A stretch of 64,000 bases of DNA from Gemmatimonadales bacterium (GCA_013694695.1 JACDBX010000015.1:4187-68186), one strand, 5' to 3'; shown: positions 17,403 through 28,485, counted from the stretch's first letter. Notes: generated by a model from the sequence alone, not told the origin. A program made the numbers and translations.

Positions 17403-18278
17403 TCACTCCGCCCGTGGCGCTGCGGATTCAGTGGTCGTGAGTTCCCGTATGGCTGCCAGAGCACGTTGGCGTAGGCGTTCCCGCCGCTCGGGAGCAGCGC
17501 CGCCGACGCGCTGCGCCACCGAACATGACGCACTGTCGAGTCCGCAGAGGGCCTCCAATGCCGGAACAGGGGGCGCTGCAATCAACGTCGTGTTCCCCGA
17601 CGAGCCGTCGAAGACATTCTGGCTGAAATGCACCACGAGGTTGTCGCCCTCCTCGCGATCGTACACCCAGCTCTCGATTCCGGAGCCTGCGGTTGCGCGC
17701 GCGTCAGGTTCGCCATGGCGTATGAGGATCGTACCGCGATCGTCGACCTGCCCCTGTCGGGGGACGAAATCCCGGAGCGGCGAGCCAGCTCCGACCGTCA
17801 GGTCGAACGCGGAACCGCTGCTGTTGGCCCCCCGCGCGACAGGCACCTTCCCCCGCTTCGGGTCGATGGCGTACTCCGCCACCGCGATGTCGATCCGGCG
17901 GACATGTTCGGCGAACCGTCCGCCGGCGGCGAGGCCGTCGCGTGCGTCGCGTGACGCCCAGAAGTCGCGGATCCAGTCAATTCGTGCCGCGTCGCCCAGG
18001 GAACCGAACGCCTTCATCTCGGCGGTCGTGGCAACCCACGAGAGGTCCCGACGGTAGAGATCCCATTCGGCCGGTTGGCCCGCGGCGCGCGCGCCAGCGA
18101 GGTAGTACCGGATCGCTTCGGCGCTTCGGCCATCCCGGGCCGATTCCCTGGCCCGGGCAAAGAGCACCGCGGTTGAGTCGGGGGCAACGGAAAAGCTGTA
18201 CGGGGCGGTGGTAGTGGTGGTCTCGGTCAGCGCCGGGGGCAGCGTGGCCATCACCGCGGCGGCAAGCAGGATCAGCAT
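17403..18278 (-). CDS. GWxTD-family domain protein (variant motif), secreted
   Basis: Start at MLILLAAAVMATLPP (Met46). FWASRD, RRIDIAVAEY, QVDDRGTILIRHGEPD, ESWVYD match my recollection of the GWxTD family layout. Confidence 0.55.
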   Translation of the reverse strand: MLILLAAAVMATLPPALTETTTTTAPYSFSVAPDSTAVLFARARESARDGRSAEAIRYYLAGARAAGQPAEWDLYRRDLSWVATTAEMKAFGSLGDAARIDWIRDFWASRDARDGLAAGGRFAEHVRRIDIAVAEYAIDPKRGKVPVARGANSSGSAFDLTVGAGSPLRDFVPRQGQVDDRGTILIRHGEPDARATAGSGIESWVYDREEGDNLVVHFSQNVFDGSSGNTTLIAAPPVPALEALCGLDSASCSVAQRVGGAAPERRERLRQRALAAIRELTTTESAAPRAE

Positions 18279-18400
18279 GGGTGAAGCTCCTTGGGGAGGT
18301 ACACCATGGCATGAAAGCAAGCACCGCGCCGACCCGGACGTGCGCTCCAACTTCCTGTCATTAAACAACTTACATTTTGTATCTCGGCGGAGCCATCCCA

Positions 18401-18426
18401 GGAGTGTCCTCATGCGGGGACACTTC
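18401..18426 (-). terminator. hairpin terminator after the beta-barrel gene
   Basis: AGTGTCC-N8-GGACACT (18403-18409 / 18418-18424), extendable by G-U and G-C pairs. Confidence 0.4.
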
Positions 18427-18460
18427 GGACCGTTTGAGGACAGCAGCGTTCGATCCGAGA

Positions 18461-19165
18461 CTACGGCCTCGACTGTAGGGATAGGCCATACTGAAGATGC
18501 AGGGCGTAGTTCATGGTCGTCGCGCGGCCCCCTGCGATTGGAACGTCGAGGTAGCTAAGCGTCCCCTTGGCCGTGAGGCTGCCATAGGTATAGGGGATCA
18601 GCTTCAGCCGGCGCGCGATGCTGCCGTGCAGCGTGGCACCACCCAACTCGTAGCGCGACCCGAACACGCCCTTTCGCTCGCCGTATCGCTTGCCGCGGAC
18701 AATGGTGATCGGCACCACGAGGGTCGGGCCGGCGCCGGCGCTCAACTCCCATCCGCGCCTGCGCCACAGCCGCTGGGCAATGATGTGATTGACTCCGTTG
18801 GTGATCCGGAAGTGGGTCACGTCCTGCTGCGGCAGGTTGTCGAGATAGAGCTTGTGGTGCATGTACTCGGCGCCCCACCCGGCGTCACCCGACCAGTGCG
18901 CGAGCCGTCCAGAGTAATACCAGGTGGGACTCCAGGGCCGGGTGGACCAGTCGGCGTCGATGTGGATGTCGGGCTCACCCTGCTGCTTGAGTGTGAGTTC
19001 GGTGGGAAGGTTCCACGCGTCACCGAACCAGGCTTCCACGCGCCATTGCGCGATGAGGCGCGCCGGGAACGCCGCACCCAAGACCATGACCAACAGCCCG
19101 CCGTGGGCGACTCGGCGCAGGGCCGGGGGCATCGCCAAAATCCACCAGGTCATTCGTTCGTCCAT
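18461..19165 (-). CDS. outer-membrane beta-barrel protein (PagL/acyloxyacyl-hydrolase-like?)
   Basis: Signal-like N-terminus, alternating aromatic/Gly-rich beta-strand pattern, W/Y-rich. The specific family is not secure. Confidence 0.4.
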   Translation of the reverse strand: MDERMTWWILAMPPALRRVAHGGLLVMVLGAAFPARLIAQWRVEAWFGDAWNLPTELTLKQQGEPDIHIDADWSTRPWSPTWYYSGRLAHWSGDAGWGAEYMHHKLYLDNLPQQDVTHFRITNGVNHIIAQRLWRRRGWELSAGAGPTLVVPITIVRGKRYGERKGVFGSRYELGGATLHGSIARRLKLIPYTYGSLTAKGTLSYLDVPIAGGRATTMNYALHLQYGLSLQSRP

Positions 19166-19439
19166 GTATCAGGGAAATTCGCGTTCCAAGATACATCCGC
19201 CCAAGACGAGTCCTTTTCAGGCTGATGAGAATGGATTCGCGCCAGCGCGCGGCAACGTCAGGGGCGGGCGGTACGTTCCCGATGTCACCCAAAGTGTGTG
19301 CATGATCGAGGCTGTGGCGTCCCTCTTGCACAGCAGCAGGCAGTTGTTTCAGTTTGCACACCGTTGTGGATATTCGACTTACGGCCCCGTGTAGACGGAT
19401 GCGCGCATCCGGGCGAGGCCGAACAATTCAGGAGGTAGT

Positions 19440-20651
19440 ATGCGTCGAGCAGTGTTGGTAATCGCGGGACTCGCGCTCAGTGCGCCGGTCGGAAGCCTGA
19501 CCGCGCAGAACGGGGGAACCTTCGAGATCGGTGGCTTTGGTCGATACACGATCAGCTACGACGACTCGTATAACACCGTCGATGAGTCGCGCAACCTGTG
19601 GGGCGGCGGCGCACGTATCGGATATTTCATCGGCAACAACTTTGCCCTTGAGATCGACGGCAACTCCAACCCGGCGGACATCGAGGCCAACGACCCCGTC
19701 CTCTGCCCCAATGCTACGAGCTGCCCGCTCCTGCATCGGAACGCGAATCTTCGCGGCATCTACAATATCGGAAGCGGCGGCATCGGCTTCATGCTCGGCG
19801 CCGGCGTCGGCGTCACCAAGCTGACCAAGGCCATCGACCACACGGCCTTCACCGTCGGAGGCTTGGCCGGCATCCGGTTGCGTCCGGCGAGCTGGTTCAA
19901 CATCCGCCTTGAGGGCGTGCTCGACTTCATCCCGAACGGCTGGAATGACGAGAGCAACACCAACATCGCCCTGCAGGCCGGCGCGTCGCTGCTCTTCGGC
20001 GGCTGCAGCCATGATGGGGACATGATCAGCATCTCGCCGACCTCGGTCGCGCTGGAGCCTGGCCAGAGCCAGACCTTCAGCTCGACCGCGATGTACTGCG
20101 GCAAGGATGACGCGGTGTCATACCGCCTCACCGGCCCGGGCTCGCTCGATTCGCTGACCGGTCGGTACACGGCCACCACGCCGGGCACGGCGCAGGTTAC
20201 CGCCTACAGCCGGAAGGGCGGCCTGATGTCGAGCGCCAACGTGACGGTTCGCACTCCGCCGCCGCCGGTAGCAGCCCCGGCTCCTGCGCCCGCACCGGCC
20301 CCCGCGCCGCGTGAGACGTTCGAGCTGTCGATGGTGCACTTCCGCTTCGACCGGTCGGATCTCACCGCCGGTGGTCGCGATACCGTCATGGCGATCGTGA
20401 ACACGCTCAAGGCCCGCCCGACGGTCAACGTCGACGTGATTGGCCACACCGACTGGATCGGTACCAACGCGTACAACATGAAGCTGTCGCAGGCGCGTGC
20501 CGAGACGGTCCGTCGCTTCCTGGTGGACAACGGGATCAGCGAGAGCCGGATCATGGTGAAGTGGCGTGGCGAGGAAGAGCCGATTGCCGACAACGGCAGC
20601 ACGGCTGGCCGCGCGCTCAACCGCCGGAGCGAAGTGAAGCAGAACAACTGA
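19440..20651 (+). CDS. OmpA-family outer-membrane protein with Big_2 Ig-like domain
   Basis: Strong AGGAGG before the ATG and a signal peptide. N-terminal barrel. Ig-like segment (ISISPTSVALEPGQSQTFSSTA). PPPP/(AP)n linker at about 20256-20312. C-terminal OmpA_C (IGHTDWIGTNAYNMKLSQARA...NRRSEV). Confidence 0.85.
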   Translation: MRRAVLVIAGLALSAPVGSLTAQNGGTFEIGGFGRYTISYDDSYNTVDESRNLWGGGARIGYFIGNNFALEIDGNSNPADIEANDPVLCPNATSCPLLHRNANLRGIYNIGSGGIGFMLGAGVGVTKLTKAIDHTAFTVGGLAGIRLRPASWFNIRLEGVLDFIPNGWNDESNTNIALQAGASLLFGGCSHDGDMISISPTSVALEPGQSQTFSSTAMYCGKDDAVSYRLTGPGSLDSLTGRYTATTPGTAQVTAYSRKGGLMSSANVTVRTPPPPVAAPAPAPAPAPAPRETFELSMVHFRFDRSDLTAGGRDTVMAIVNTLKARPTVNVDVIGHTDWIGTNAYNMKLSQARAETVRRFLVDNGISESRIMVKWRGEEEPIADNGSTAGRALNRRSEVKQNN

Positions 20652-20676
20652 TGTAGCATGGCAGCACCGCAACAAA

Positions 20677-20712
20677 CGAAGCCCCCGCAGACAGCGATCT
20701 GCGGGGGCTTCG
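20677..20712. terminator. bidirectional hairpin terminator (14-bp perfect stem)
   Basis: CGAAGCCCCCGCAG-N8-CTGCGGGGGCTTCG between convergent genes. Confidence 0.7.
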
Positions 20713-20738
20713 TGCGTCGGGTCGGGAGTCGGACCCTG

Positions 20739-21788
20739 TTACGTGCCCATTACCAGTTCGCTATCCCGGTTCAGGTACTCGCGCCGGTACATCTTGAGCA
20801 CCTCGAAGAAGTAGGTGAGTGCGAGCGGGCCGAGCAGCAGGCCCAGCAGGCCGACGTAGCTCACCCCGGCAACGGCGCCAACCAGCGTGATCAGCGGATG
20901 AATCTGCGCGTACCGGTTGGTGACCCACGGCCTGATGAGGTTGTCGACGTTCCCCACAAGCACGGCTCCGTAGATGATCATTCCGACTGCAGGTATCGGC
21001 CGGTGGGTCGCAAACAGCAGGATGGCCGCGGGCCCCCACACCAACCCGCTTCCCACGACAGGCATGATCGAGACCACGAACGTCACCGCACCCCAGAAGA
21101 CGGGATTGCCGAGGCCCGCCACCGCAAACCCGACGGTGATCAGCGTTCCCTGGACCAGTGCCGAAAGCCCGGTCCCGATCACGGTCGACTTGGTCACCGC
21201 TTCGAAGCGCGACTTGAGGATCTCGACGTTCGCATCCGAGAACGGGATATATGCTCGCAACGCGTGCCACGCGCCCTGCGGGTCCATCAGCAGGTAGTAC
21301 AGTCCGAAGAAGGTAAAGAGCAGGTTGAGCGTGATCGACGTCGCCTTGCCGAGGAGCGTGAACGCGCTCCCGCCGATCATCGACACCGCTTGCGTACCAG
21401 CCTCCTTGATCTGAGGCCCGATTTTATACGGCCCGATGCTGATTGAGTCGAGTTGGCCGAGCAGTGGAGACGCGAGGATACTGGCCACCGCCCCCTGTGC
21501 CTGCCCCACCAGTAGCGAGATCATCCAGATCAGGGGCAGGACGATCCCGACCATCGCCGCCAGGATGGTGAGGCCGCTGGCCACTGCCCTGCTGCGCACC
21601 CGCGGAACCAACCAGGTATGCATCGGTCCAAGAAGCACGTAGAGGATCGGTGCGCCCAGCAACCCCGAGGCGTACGGCACGAGGGCGACGAGGATGATCA
21701 CGCCAAGGATGGCCACCAGCCAGGCGGCGCGCTGGTGCGTGGTGTCGAAAACGGTCATGGAATCTTCGTTGTGGAAGTGAGTGTCCAT
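20739..21788 (-). CDS. AI-2E family transporter (PerM/UPF0118)
   Basis: 349 aa, polytopic. Conserved C-terminal stretch GLLGLLLGPLAL. Met11 (21758) is an alternative start. Confidence 0.75.
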   Translation of the reverse strand: MDTHFHNEDSMTVFDTTHQRAAWLVAILGVIILVALVPYASGLLGAPILYVLLGPMHTWLVPRVRSRAVASGLTILAAMVGIVLPLIWMISLLVGQAQGAVASILASPLLGQLDSISIGPYKIGPQIKEAGTQAVSMIGGSAFTLLGKATSITLNLLFTFFGLYYLLMDPQGAWHALRAYIPFSDANVEILKSRFEAVTKSTVIGTGLSALVQGTLITVGFAVAGLGNPVFWGAVTFVVSIMPVVGSGLVWGPAAILLFATHRPIPAVGMIIYGAVLVGNVDNLIRPWVTNRYAQIHPLITLVGAVAGVSYVGLLGLLLGPLALTYFFEVLKMYRREYLNRDSELVMGT

Positions 21789-21856
21789 GTCATCGGTGAA
21801 ACCATGGGTTGGCGCCCGGCGTCAGGGCCGGTCGGGTGAATCCCGAAACACACCGG

Positions 21857-22585
21857 TCATGGATTGGCGGGGACACGGGCGATGGAGTCGAGGATCGGCC
21901 CCAGGGTTTGCCAAACATTTTCGGCCACCTGCATCGCCCCCTCCGCGGTCGGGTGAATCCCGTCGCGCTGGTTGAGGCGGTCGGTCCCGGCCACCCCGTT
22001 GAGCAGGAACGGGAGGTAGATGACCTTGAACTCGTCTGCAATCTCGGGGAACACCGTGCGAAATTCCGAGGCGTACCGCTGCCCCAGATTTGGCGGTGCC
22101 TCCATGCCGGCCACGATCACCACCGGCCGCGGGTCGAGCGCCAGGGCACGGGTGAGCACCCGTCGGAGGTTGGAACGCAAGCTGTCGACCGATTGACCGC
22201 GAAGCCCGTCATTGGCTCCGGTCTCGACCACCAGAACCGCCAGCGGGCCCTGCTGCGCCAACCAGTCGATCCGGCGCAGCGCGCCTGCTGACGTCTCGCC
22301 GCTCACGCCCGCATTGACGACCCGGAAGGGGAGTCCGAGGGAGTCGATTCGCGTCTGGATTCGCGCTGGGAACGCCTCGTCTGGGGAAAGCCCGTACCCA
22401 GCCGTGAGCGACGTGCCCAGGAACATCACCGTTTGGCGTACCTCGGCGGTCGCCACCCCGGGCGGGCTATTCTTGATGCCATCCCGGACGGCGTCGCTTC
22501 GCGGCTCGTTGCCACATGCCACGGCGACAAGCGCCAGCGCGGTCATCCAGCGACGCGTTATGGTTGCCCGGTTCGGCCTGACCAT
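21857..22585 (-). CDS. SGNH/GDSL hydrolase (TesA-like arylesterase/thioesterase), secreted
   Basis: FLGTSLTAGYG (block I), VNAGVSGET, ETGANDGLR, RDGIHPT (block V). Divergent from the ybbA-like gene as in E. coli tesA-ybbA-ybbP. The start could be 22546. Confidence 0.75.
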   Translation of the reverse strand: MVRPNRATITRRWMTALALVAVACGNEPRSDAVRDGIKNSPPGVATAEVRQTVMFLGTSLTAGYGLSPDEAFPARIQTRIDSLGLPFRVVNAGVSGETSAGALRRIDWLAQQGPLAVLVVETGANDGLRGQSVDSLRSNLRRVLTRALALDPRPVVIVAGMEAPPNLGQRYASEFRTVFPEIADEFKVIYLPFLLNGVAGTDRLNQRDGIHPTAEGAMQVAENVWQTLGPILDSIARVPANP

Positions 22586-22609
22586 GCGTATCTCCCCACG
22601 GAGTCCCAG

Positions 22610-23281
22610 ATGCTCGAATGTGAAGCCATCGGTCATGATTACTCCTCCGCTGGCCGCACACTCACCGTCCTCAAGGATATCACCTTCCGGATCGAGGATG
22701 GCGGTTATCTCGCGATCGTCGGCCCGTCAGGAAGCGGGAAGACAACGTTGCTCGGGCTGCTTGCGGGCCTTGACCGGCCCACACGCGGACGGGTTCTCCT
22801 CGAAGGCGATGACCTCGGTCGCCTTGCCGAGGATGATCGAGCACGCCTGCGGCGGAGCAAGGTCGGGTTCGTCTTCCAGTCGTTCCAATTGATTCCCACG
22901 CTTACAGCGCGCGAGAATGTCCAGGTCCCGCTCGAACTCGCGGGAACCGATCGAGCCGCACCGGTTGCCCAGGAGCTGCTCGACCGGGTCGGGCTCGGCG
23001 CCCGAAGCCATCACTATCCGTCCCAGCTTTCCGGCGGAGAGCAGCAACGCGTTGCGCTGGCTCGCGCCTTCAGCACGCGCCCGAGGATCCTGTTCGCCGA
23101 CGAACCGACCGGCAACCTCGACGCTGCCACCGGCGCCACGGTGGTAGAGCTGATGGAGTCGCTGAACGCCGAGTTCGGGACGACGCTGGTGCTGGTCACG
23201 CACGATCTCGACCTTGCCGCGAGGGCACGGCGCAACATCCGGCTCGCCGACGGGGCGATCGTGTTCGACAGCGCAGCATGA
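22610..23281 (+). CDS. ABC transporter ATP-binding protein (YbbA/LolD-like)
   Basis: Start at MLECEAIGHDY (Met60). GPSGSGKTTLL, LSGGEQQRVALARA, LFADEPTGNLD. Confidence 0.85.
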   Translation: MLECEAIGHDYSSAGRTLTVLKDITFRIEDGGYLAIVGPSGSGKTTLLGLLAGLDRPTRGRVLLEGDDLGRLAEDDRARLRRSKVGFVFQSFQLIPTLTARENVQVPLELAGTDRAAPVAQELLDRVGLGARSHHYPSQLSGGEQQRVALARAFSTRPRILFADEPTGNLDAATGATVVELMESLNAEFGTTLVLVTHDLDLAARARRNIRLADGAIVFDSAA

Positions 23282-25884
23282 CCAGCACCGGCTTCGTGCT
23301 GCGCATGGCGTGGCGAGAGGCCCGCGCAGCGCGCCGCCGCCTCGCGCTGCTCACTGCCTCCGTGATGGCCGGCGTGGGCGCTCTGGTGGCCGTCAACTCG
23401 TTCACCGACAACCTCACGGTGTCGGTGGCCGAGCAGGCACAGGCACTGCTGGGCGCTGACCTCGCCATCTCGGGACGCAAGCCGGTGACCGAGGTGAAGG
23501 TTGCGCAGCGACTCGTTGATTCGCTGCGGAGCACCGGTGGCGATTCGGTGGCGGTGGCATCGTCGGTGAACTTTGCGGCCATGGCCTACATGCCGACCAG
23601 TGGCGGTGCGCGCCTGGTCCAGGTCCGGAGTGTCGAGGCAGGGTGGCCGTTCTACGGCACCATCGAGACCTCGCCCGCGGGAATGTGGGGCCGGATCCAG
23701 GACGGTGCCGCGATCGTCGACCCCTCGCTGCTCGCGGCGATCGGCGCGCAGGTTGGCGACACCATGGCATTGGGCGAGGGCCGGTTCCCGATCGTGGCCA
23801 CGGTCATCAACGTCCCGGGTGACGTCGGGCTCCAGATGGCGCTCGGTGCGCGGGTGTTCGTCAGCACAGACGCACTTCCGGGCACTGGCTTGCTCGGCTT
23901 TGGCGCGCGGGTGCAGCACGAAACCTTCCTGCGGCTGCCAGGGACGATCGACCCTCAGGCTGTCGCGGCCAGCGCAGGCCCGGTGCTCCGCGCCGAGCGA
24001 ATGCGCGTCCGCACCGTGGCAGACGATCGCGACAACCTTACCGACGGCCTCACCCGTTTGGGCAACTATCTCGGCCTGGTCGCGCTTGCGGCGCTGCTCC
24101 TCGGTGGCCTGGGCGTCGCCAGCGCGGTGCACGTCTTCATTCGCCAGAAGCTCGACACCATTGCGATGCTGCGCTGCCTCGGTGCAACGAGCGGACAGGT
24201 GTTCGCCATTCATCTGGTGCAGGCGCTCGCGATGGGCCTGTTGGGATCGGTGCTCGGCGCGCTGCTCGGGGTGGGCCTGCAGCAGGTCATGCCGATCGTG
24301 CTCGAAGGATTCCTTCCGGTGGGAGTGCGCGTCGTGCCGTCCGCCAAGGCCATTCTCCTGGGGATCGGGCTGGGCGTCTGGACGGCCGGCGTGTATGCGC
24401 TGCTGCCGCTCCTCGGCATCCGCGATGTCTCTCCGCTGGCGACGCTCCGTCGTGACGCGGATCCGCCACCACGCCGCCGAGATCCGGCGCGCATTGCCGC
24501 CGCACTGGCGCTGGCCGCGAGCGTCGTGACGCTTGCCTCGATCCAGGTGGGGTCGTGGTGGCAGGGCGCGTGGTTTGCGGCCGCGATCGGCGGCGCGCTG
24601 CTGGTATTGTGGCTCGCGTCGATCGCGGTGATCCGCGCGGCGCGACGCTGGACCCCGGCATCGTGGTCCTACGTCTGGCGTCAGGGCCTGGCGAACCTGC
24701 ACCGCCCCGCCAACCAGACCGTCACCGTCGTGGTGGCGCTGGGGTTCGGGGCCTTCCTGCTGACCACTCTCTTCACCGCGCAGTACAACCTGCTCAGGGA
24801 GTTCCGGATCGATGGCGCCGGCGAGGGGAGGCCGAACCTCCTACTTTTCGACATCCAATCTGACCAGCGGGAATTGGTGAGCGGCACGATTCGGGGGGAG
24901 GGAATCACGCCGAGTCCGTTCACGCCCATCGTGCCAATGCGCCTCTCGGAGGTGAATGGACAGCGGGTGCGCCAGATTCTCGAGCGCGGCACCACGACGG
25001 TGCCCGATTCCGTCGAGTCGGAAGGCGGGGAGCGGGACGGATCACTGTGGGCATTCCGCCGGGAGTATCGGTCGACATATCGTTCGGACGGTGCCACCGT
25101 CGAGCAGGTCACGTCCGGCCGCTGGTTCGTGCCAGGCGCAACCGGATCGGGGCGTACCGCAGACGAGCCCGTCGAGATCTCGATGGAATCGGGGCTGGCT
25201 GAGGAACTCGGCGTCGGTCTCGACGCCCTGATAACCTGGGACGTACAAGGCGTGCCCGTATTCAGCCGGGTCACCTCGCTGCGCGAGGTCAACTGGGCGC
25301 AGTTCGAGCCGAATTTTTTCGTGATCTTCGCGCCCGGCGCACTGAACGGGGCACCACAGACCTGGGTGACACTCGCCCGTGCATCCAACCCGGCGGCACG
25401 CGGCCGAGTACAGAGGGTGCTCGCGGAGCGGGCCGCGAATGTAACCACGGTCGACCTCGGCGACGTGCAGCGCGCGCTGGAAGCGGTGATAGACCGGATC
25501 GTTCTCGCCATCCGGTTCATGGCGCTCTTCTCGCTCATTACCGGGGCGGTCGTGCTCATCGGGGCGATCGCCACCAGTCGCTGGCAGCGGATTCGCGAGG
25601 GCACGCTGCTCCGAACCCTCGGCGCGACGCGGTGGCAGGTGCTCCGCATCATCAGCGTGGAGTACGCGGCACTGGGCCTGGCTTCGGCGCTCGTGGCCAC
25701 GGTCCTCGCATCGGCGGGAGGGTGGGCCCTTGCCCGCCAGGTATTCAAGTCGAACTTCGTGCTGCCCGTCGTGCCGATGATCCTGCTGGCACTGGGACTG
25801 GTCGCCCTCACGACAATAGTCGGGCTCTGGAATTCTTTCGACGTCCTCGAGCGTCCTCCTCTCGAGGTGTTGCGTGCGGAATAG
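23278..25884 (+). CDS. ABC transporter permease, FtsX/MacB-type, duplicated (YbbP-like)
   Basis: 868 aa with two FtsX-like 4-TM modules and large periplasmic loops. ATGA overlap with the ATPase gene. Confidence 0.8.
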   Translation: MTSTGFVLRMAWREARAARRRLALLTASVMAGVGALVAVNSFTDNLTVSVAEQAQALLGADLAISGRKPVTEVKVAQRLVDSLRSTGGDSVAVASSVNFAAMAYMPTSGGARLVQVRSVEAGWPFYGTIETSPAGMWGRIQDGAAIVDPSLLAAIGAQVGDTMALGEGRFPIVATVINVPGDVGLQMALGARVFVSTDALPGTGLLGFGARVQHETFLRLPGTIDPQAVAASAGPVLRAERMRVRTVADDRDNLTDGLTRLGNYLGLVALAALLLGGLGVASAVHVFIRQKLDTIAMLRCLGATSGQVFAIHLVQALAMGLLGSVLGALLGVGLQQVMPIVLEGFLPVGVRVVPSAKAILLGIGLGVWTAGVYALLPLLGIRDVSPLATLRRDADPPPRRRDPARIAAALALAASVVTLASIQVGSWWQGAWFAAAIGGALLVLWLASIAVIRAARRWTPASWSYVWRQGLANLHRPANQTVTVVVALGFGAFLLTTLFTAQYNLLREFRIDGAGEGRPNLLLFDIQSDQRELVSGTIRGEGITPSPFTPIVPMRLSEVNGQRVRQILERGTTTVPDSVESEGGERDGSLWAFRREYRSTYRSDGATVEQVTSGRWFVPGATGSGRTADEPVEISMESGLAEELGVGLDALITWDVQGVPVFSRVTSLREVNWAQFEPNFFVIFAPGALNGAPQTWVTLARASNPAARGRVQRVLAERAANVTTVDLGDVQRALEAVIDRIVLAIRFMALFSLITGAVVLIGAIATSRWQRIREGTLLRTLGATRWQVLRIISVEYAALGLASALVATVLASAGGWALARQVFKSNFVLPVVPMILLALGLVALTTIVGLWNSFDVLERPPLEVLRAE

Positions 25885-25921
25885 CGCGCGACGCATCCCA
25901 CTTGCACCGAGGTTCCTGCAG

Positions 25922-28420
25922 ATGATGCATTGTCCCCGTTCGGCCGCACTGGTCCTGACGGCACTCGCGATCGCCGGCTGCAACCGTTCCCGGCCCGCTA
26001 CCGCACCGGGACCGCGGGCCGGTACGCCGACCGCAGCGGCAGGCGACTCATCGGCCCGCGGCGCGACCCCAGCGTCGCGGACCGCGCCAAAACCGTACAA
26101 GACCGTGGTCACCGACAAGGCGGTCACCGACAGCGGTGCCTTCACGGTGCACAAGGTTGCCGACAAGTGGTACTACGAGGTCCCGCGAGAAATGATGGGT
26201 CGCGAGTTCCTCCTGGTCACGCGGATCGCGCGCACCGCGTCGGGAATCGGGTACGGCGGCGAGGAGAACAACACCGATGTCGTGCGCTGGGAGCGCAGCG
26301 GCGACCGGATGTATCTGCGCCAGGTCTCGTACTCTACCGTTGCCGACACCAGCCAGCCGATCGCGCTGGCAGTGCGCAACAGCAACCTCGAGCCGATCGT
26401 GTACGGATTCGACGTTGCGGCCTATGGGAAGGACTCCAGTGCGGTGATCGACATCGGCAGCTTCTACGTGGCCGATGTCCCGCTCCTCGGAATGGGATCG
26501 ACCGCCCGCACGACCTATCAGGTCCGGCGGCTGGATCCGAGCCGTACGTTCGTCACGTCGATCAGGTCGTTCCCGCGCAACACCGAGACCCGCGTGGTGA
26601 TGACCTACGAGGCAGGCAAGCCGCCCTCGAATGCGTCGACCGGCGCGATCACCCTCGAGATGAACCACTCGATGGTGTTGTTGCCCGAGCAGCCGATGAT
26701 GGCGCGGGTCGCCGATGAACGGGTCGGCTATTTCTCGATCCAGCAGGTCGATTACGGACGCGAGGAGCAGCGCTCCGTTGCGCGGCGCTACATCTCCCGC
26801 TGGCGCCTGGAGCCGAAGGACACGGCGGCATTCCTGCGTGGTGAACTGGTCGAGCCGATCAAGCCGATCATCTACTACATCGACCCGGCCACGCCGACGA
26901 AGTGGCGCAAGTACCTGATCCAGGGCGTCAACGACTGGCAAGTGGCCTTCGAGGCCGCCGGATTCAAGAACGCGATCATGGGCAAGGAACCGCCCACCGC
27001 CGCGGAGGATCCGGAGTTCTCGACCGAGGACGCCCGCTACAGCGTCATCCGTTACTTCGCGTCGGACATCGAGAATGCCTACGGCCCGTCGGTAACCGAC
27101 CCACGCAGCGGCGAGATTCTCGAGTCGCACATCGGGTGGTACCACAACGTCATGAACCTCCTGCGCAACTGGTACCTGATCCAGACCGCAGCGATCAACC
27201 CACGCGCACGCAGCGTCGATTTCGAGGACGAGGTGATGGGCGAGCTGATCCGCTTCGTCTCCGCCCACGAAGTGGGTCACACGCTGGGGCTGCCGCACAA
27301 CATGAAGGCCAGCTCATCGTATCCGGTGGACTCGCTGCGGTCACCAACCTTCACGGCGCAGTACGCCACCGCGCCGTCGATCATGGACTACGCCCGGTTC
27401 AACTATGTGGCCCAGCCCGGTGACGGCGCTGTCGCGATGAACCCGGGGATTGGCGTGTACGACAAGTACTCGATCGAGTGGGGTTATCGTCCGATCCCCT
27501 CCGCACGCACGCCTGACGGGGAGAAGAAGACGCTCGACCAGTGGATCCGCGCGCACGACGGCGACCCGATGTACCGCTTCGGCGATCCGTCGGGGACCGA
27601 CCCGGGTTCGCAGACCGAAGACCTCGGCGACAACAGCGTGAAGGCAAGCGAGTACGGCGTCGCCAACCTCAAGCGGATCATGCCCGAACTGATGAAGTAC
27701 AGCTACCGCGAGGGAGCGGACTACTCGCAGCTCCGCGAGATGTACCTCCAGGTGGGGACCCAGTGGAACCGGTACATGGGCCACGTCCTCACGAACATTG
27801 GCGGAGTCGACTGGACCCGGCGCAATGTCGACCAGCCCGGGGCGGCATACACCTCCGTGGCCCGGGAGCGCCAGCGCGACGCCGTGCAATTCCTGACGGT
27901 GCAGGCCCTCAACGCCCCGCAGTGGATGATCGAGCAGCCGGTGCTGGACCGGATCGGCGTCCTCGGCACCACGGAACGGGTCAAGGGATGGATGGTGAGC
28001 GTGCTCAATCGCATGCTCGATCCGTCACGAATGGGGCGCCTGGTGGAGCTCCAGTCGCTCGGCATAGGGACCTACTCGCTTCCCGAATACCTGACCGACG
28101 TCCGCAATGGTGTCTGGACGGAACTCGGGAACGGCCGGAGCCCCGACGTCTTCCGCCGTGCACTGCAGCGCGCGTGGATCGAGCGAATGGAGTACGTCAT
28201 GACACAGGATCCGCCGCCACCGACCCTTCCACCGGGGTTCCGTGGTACGATCACCCCGACCGCGGACATCTCGCTGTCGGACATGCGGGCCCTGGCGCGG
28301 CAGGAACTCGCGGGTGTTCGTGCCCGCCTGCTTGCGGCGCGCGGGGGCGATGCGCTGACGCGGGCGCATTACGCTGATGCAGCCGTCCGGATCAAGCGCA
28401 TCCTGGATCCGAACAGCTAG
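25922..28420 (+). CDS. zinc-dependent metalloprotease lipoprotein (DUF5117/DUF4953-type)
   Basis: [20 protein letters not shown] lipobox. [13 protein letters not shown] zinc motif. Confidence 0.75.
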   Translation: MMHCPRSAALVLTALAIAGCNRSRPATAPGPRAGTPTAAAGDSSARGATPASRTAPKPYKTVVTDKAVTDSGAFTVHKVADKWYYEVPREMMGREFLLVTRIARTASGIGYGGEENNTDVVRWERSGDRMYLRQVSYSTVADTSQPIALAVRNSNLEPIVYGFDVAAYGKDSSAVIDIGSFYVADVPLLGMGSTARTTYQVRRLDPSRTFVTSIRSFPRNTETRVVMTYEAGKPPSNASTGAITLEMNHSMVLLPEQPMMARVADERVGYFSIQQVDYGREEQRSVARRYISRWRLEPKDTAAFLRGELVEPIKPIIYYIDPATPTKWRKYLIQGVNDWQVAFEAAGFKNAIMGKEPPTAAEDPEFSTEDARYSVIRYFASDIENAYGPSVTDPRSGEILESHIGWYHNVMNLLRNWYLIQTAAINPRARSVDFEDEVMGELIRFVSAHEVGHTLGLPHNMKASSSYPVDSLRSPTFTAQYATAPSIMDYARFNYVAQPGDGAVAMNPGIGVYDKYSIEWGYRPIPSARTPDGEKKTLDQWIRAHDGDPMYRFGDPSGTDPGSQTEDLGDNSVKASEYGVANLKRIMPELMKYSYREGADYSQLREMYLQVGTQWNRYMGHVLTNIGGVDWTRRNVDQPGAAYTSVARERQRDAVQFLTVQALNAPQWMIEQPVLDRIGVLGTTERVKGWMVSVLNRMLDPSRMGRLVELQSLGIGTYSLPEYLTDVRNGVWTELGNGRSPDVFRRALQRAWIERMEYVMTQDPPPPTLPPGFRGTITPTADISLSDMRALARQELAGVRARLLAARGGDALTRAHYADAAVRIKRILDPNS

Positions 28421-28451
28421 CGCGCCCGGGTTGAAACACTCGCCGCACATT

Positions 28452-28485
28452 CAAGGACCGGCATCCCGAGGGGTGCCGGTCCTTG
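28452..28485 (+). terminator. hairpin terminator (12-bp perfect stem)
   Basis: CAAGGACCGGCA-N10-TGCCGGTCCTTG, 32 nt after the protease stop. Confidence 0.6.

Noticed and set aside
20256-20312. PPPP/(AP)n codon repeat, and the (CCN)14 run at 42599-42640, considered as possible CRISPR or tandem-repeat loci
   Set aside because: Both are in-frame low-complexity linkers inside protein genes. There is no repeat-spacer architecture and there are no cas genes.
23014-24702. 562-aa minus-strand ORF, the longest shadow ORF in the window
   Set aside because: It lies entirely antisense to the FtsX-type permease gene, which has clear TM and ABC-permease features. The sequence is Arg/His/Ala/Gly-rich with no motifs. 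This is a typical GC-driven open frame.
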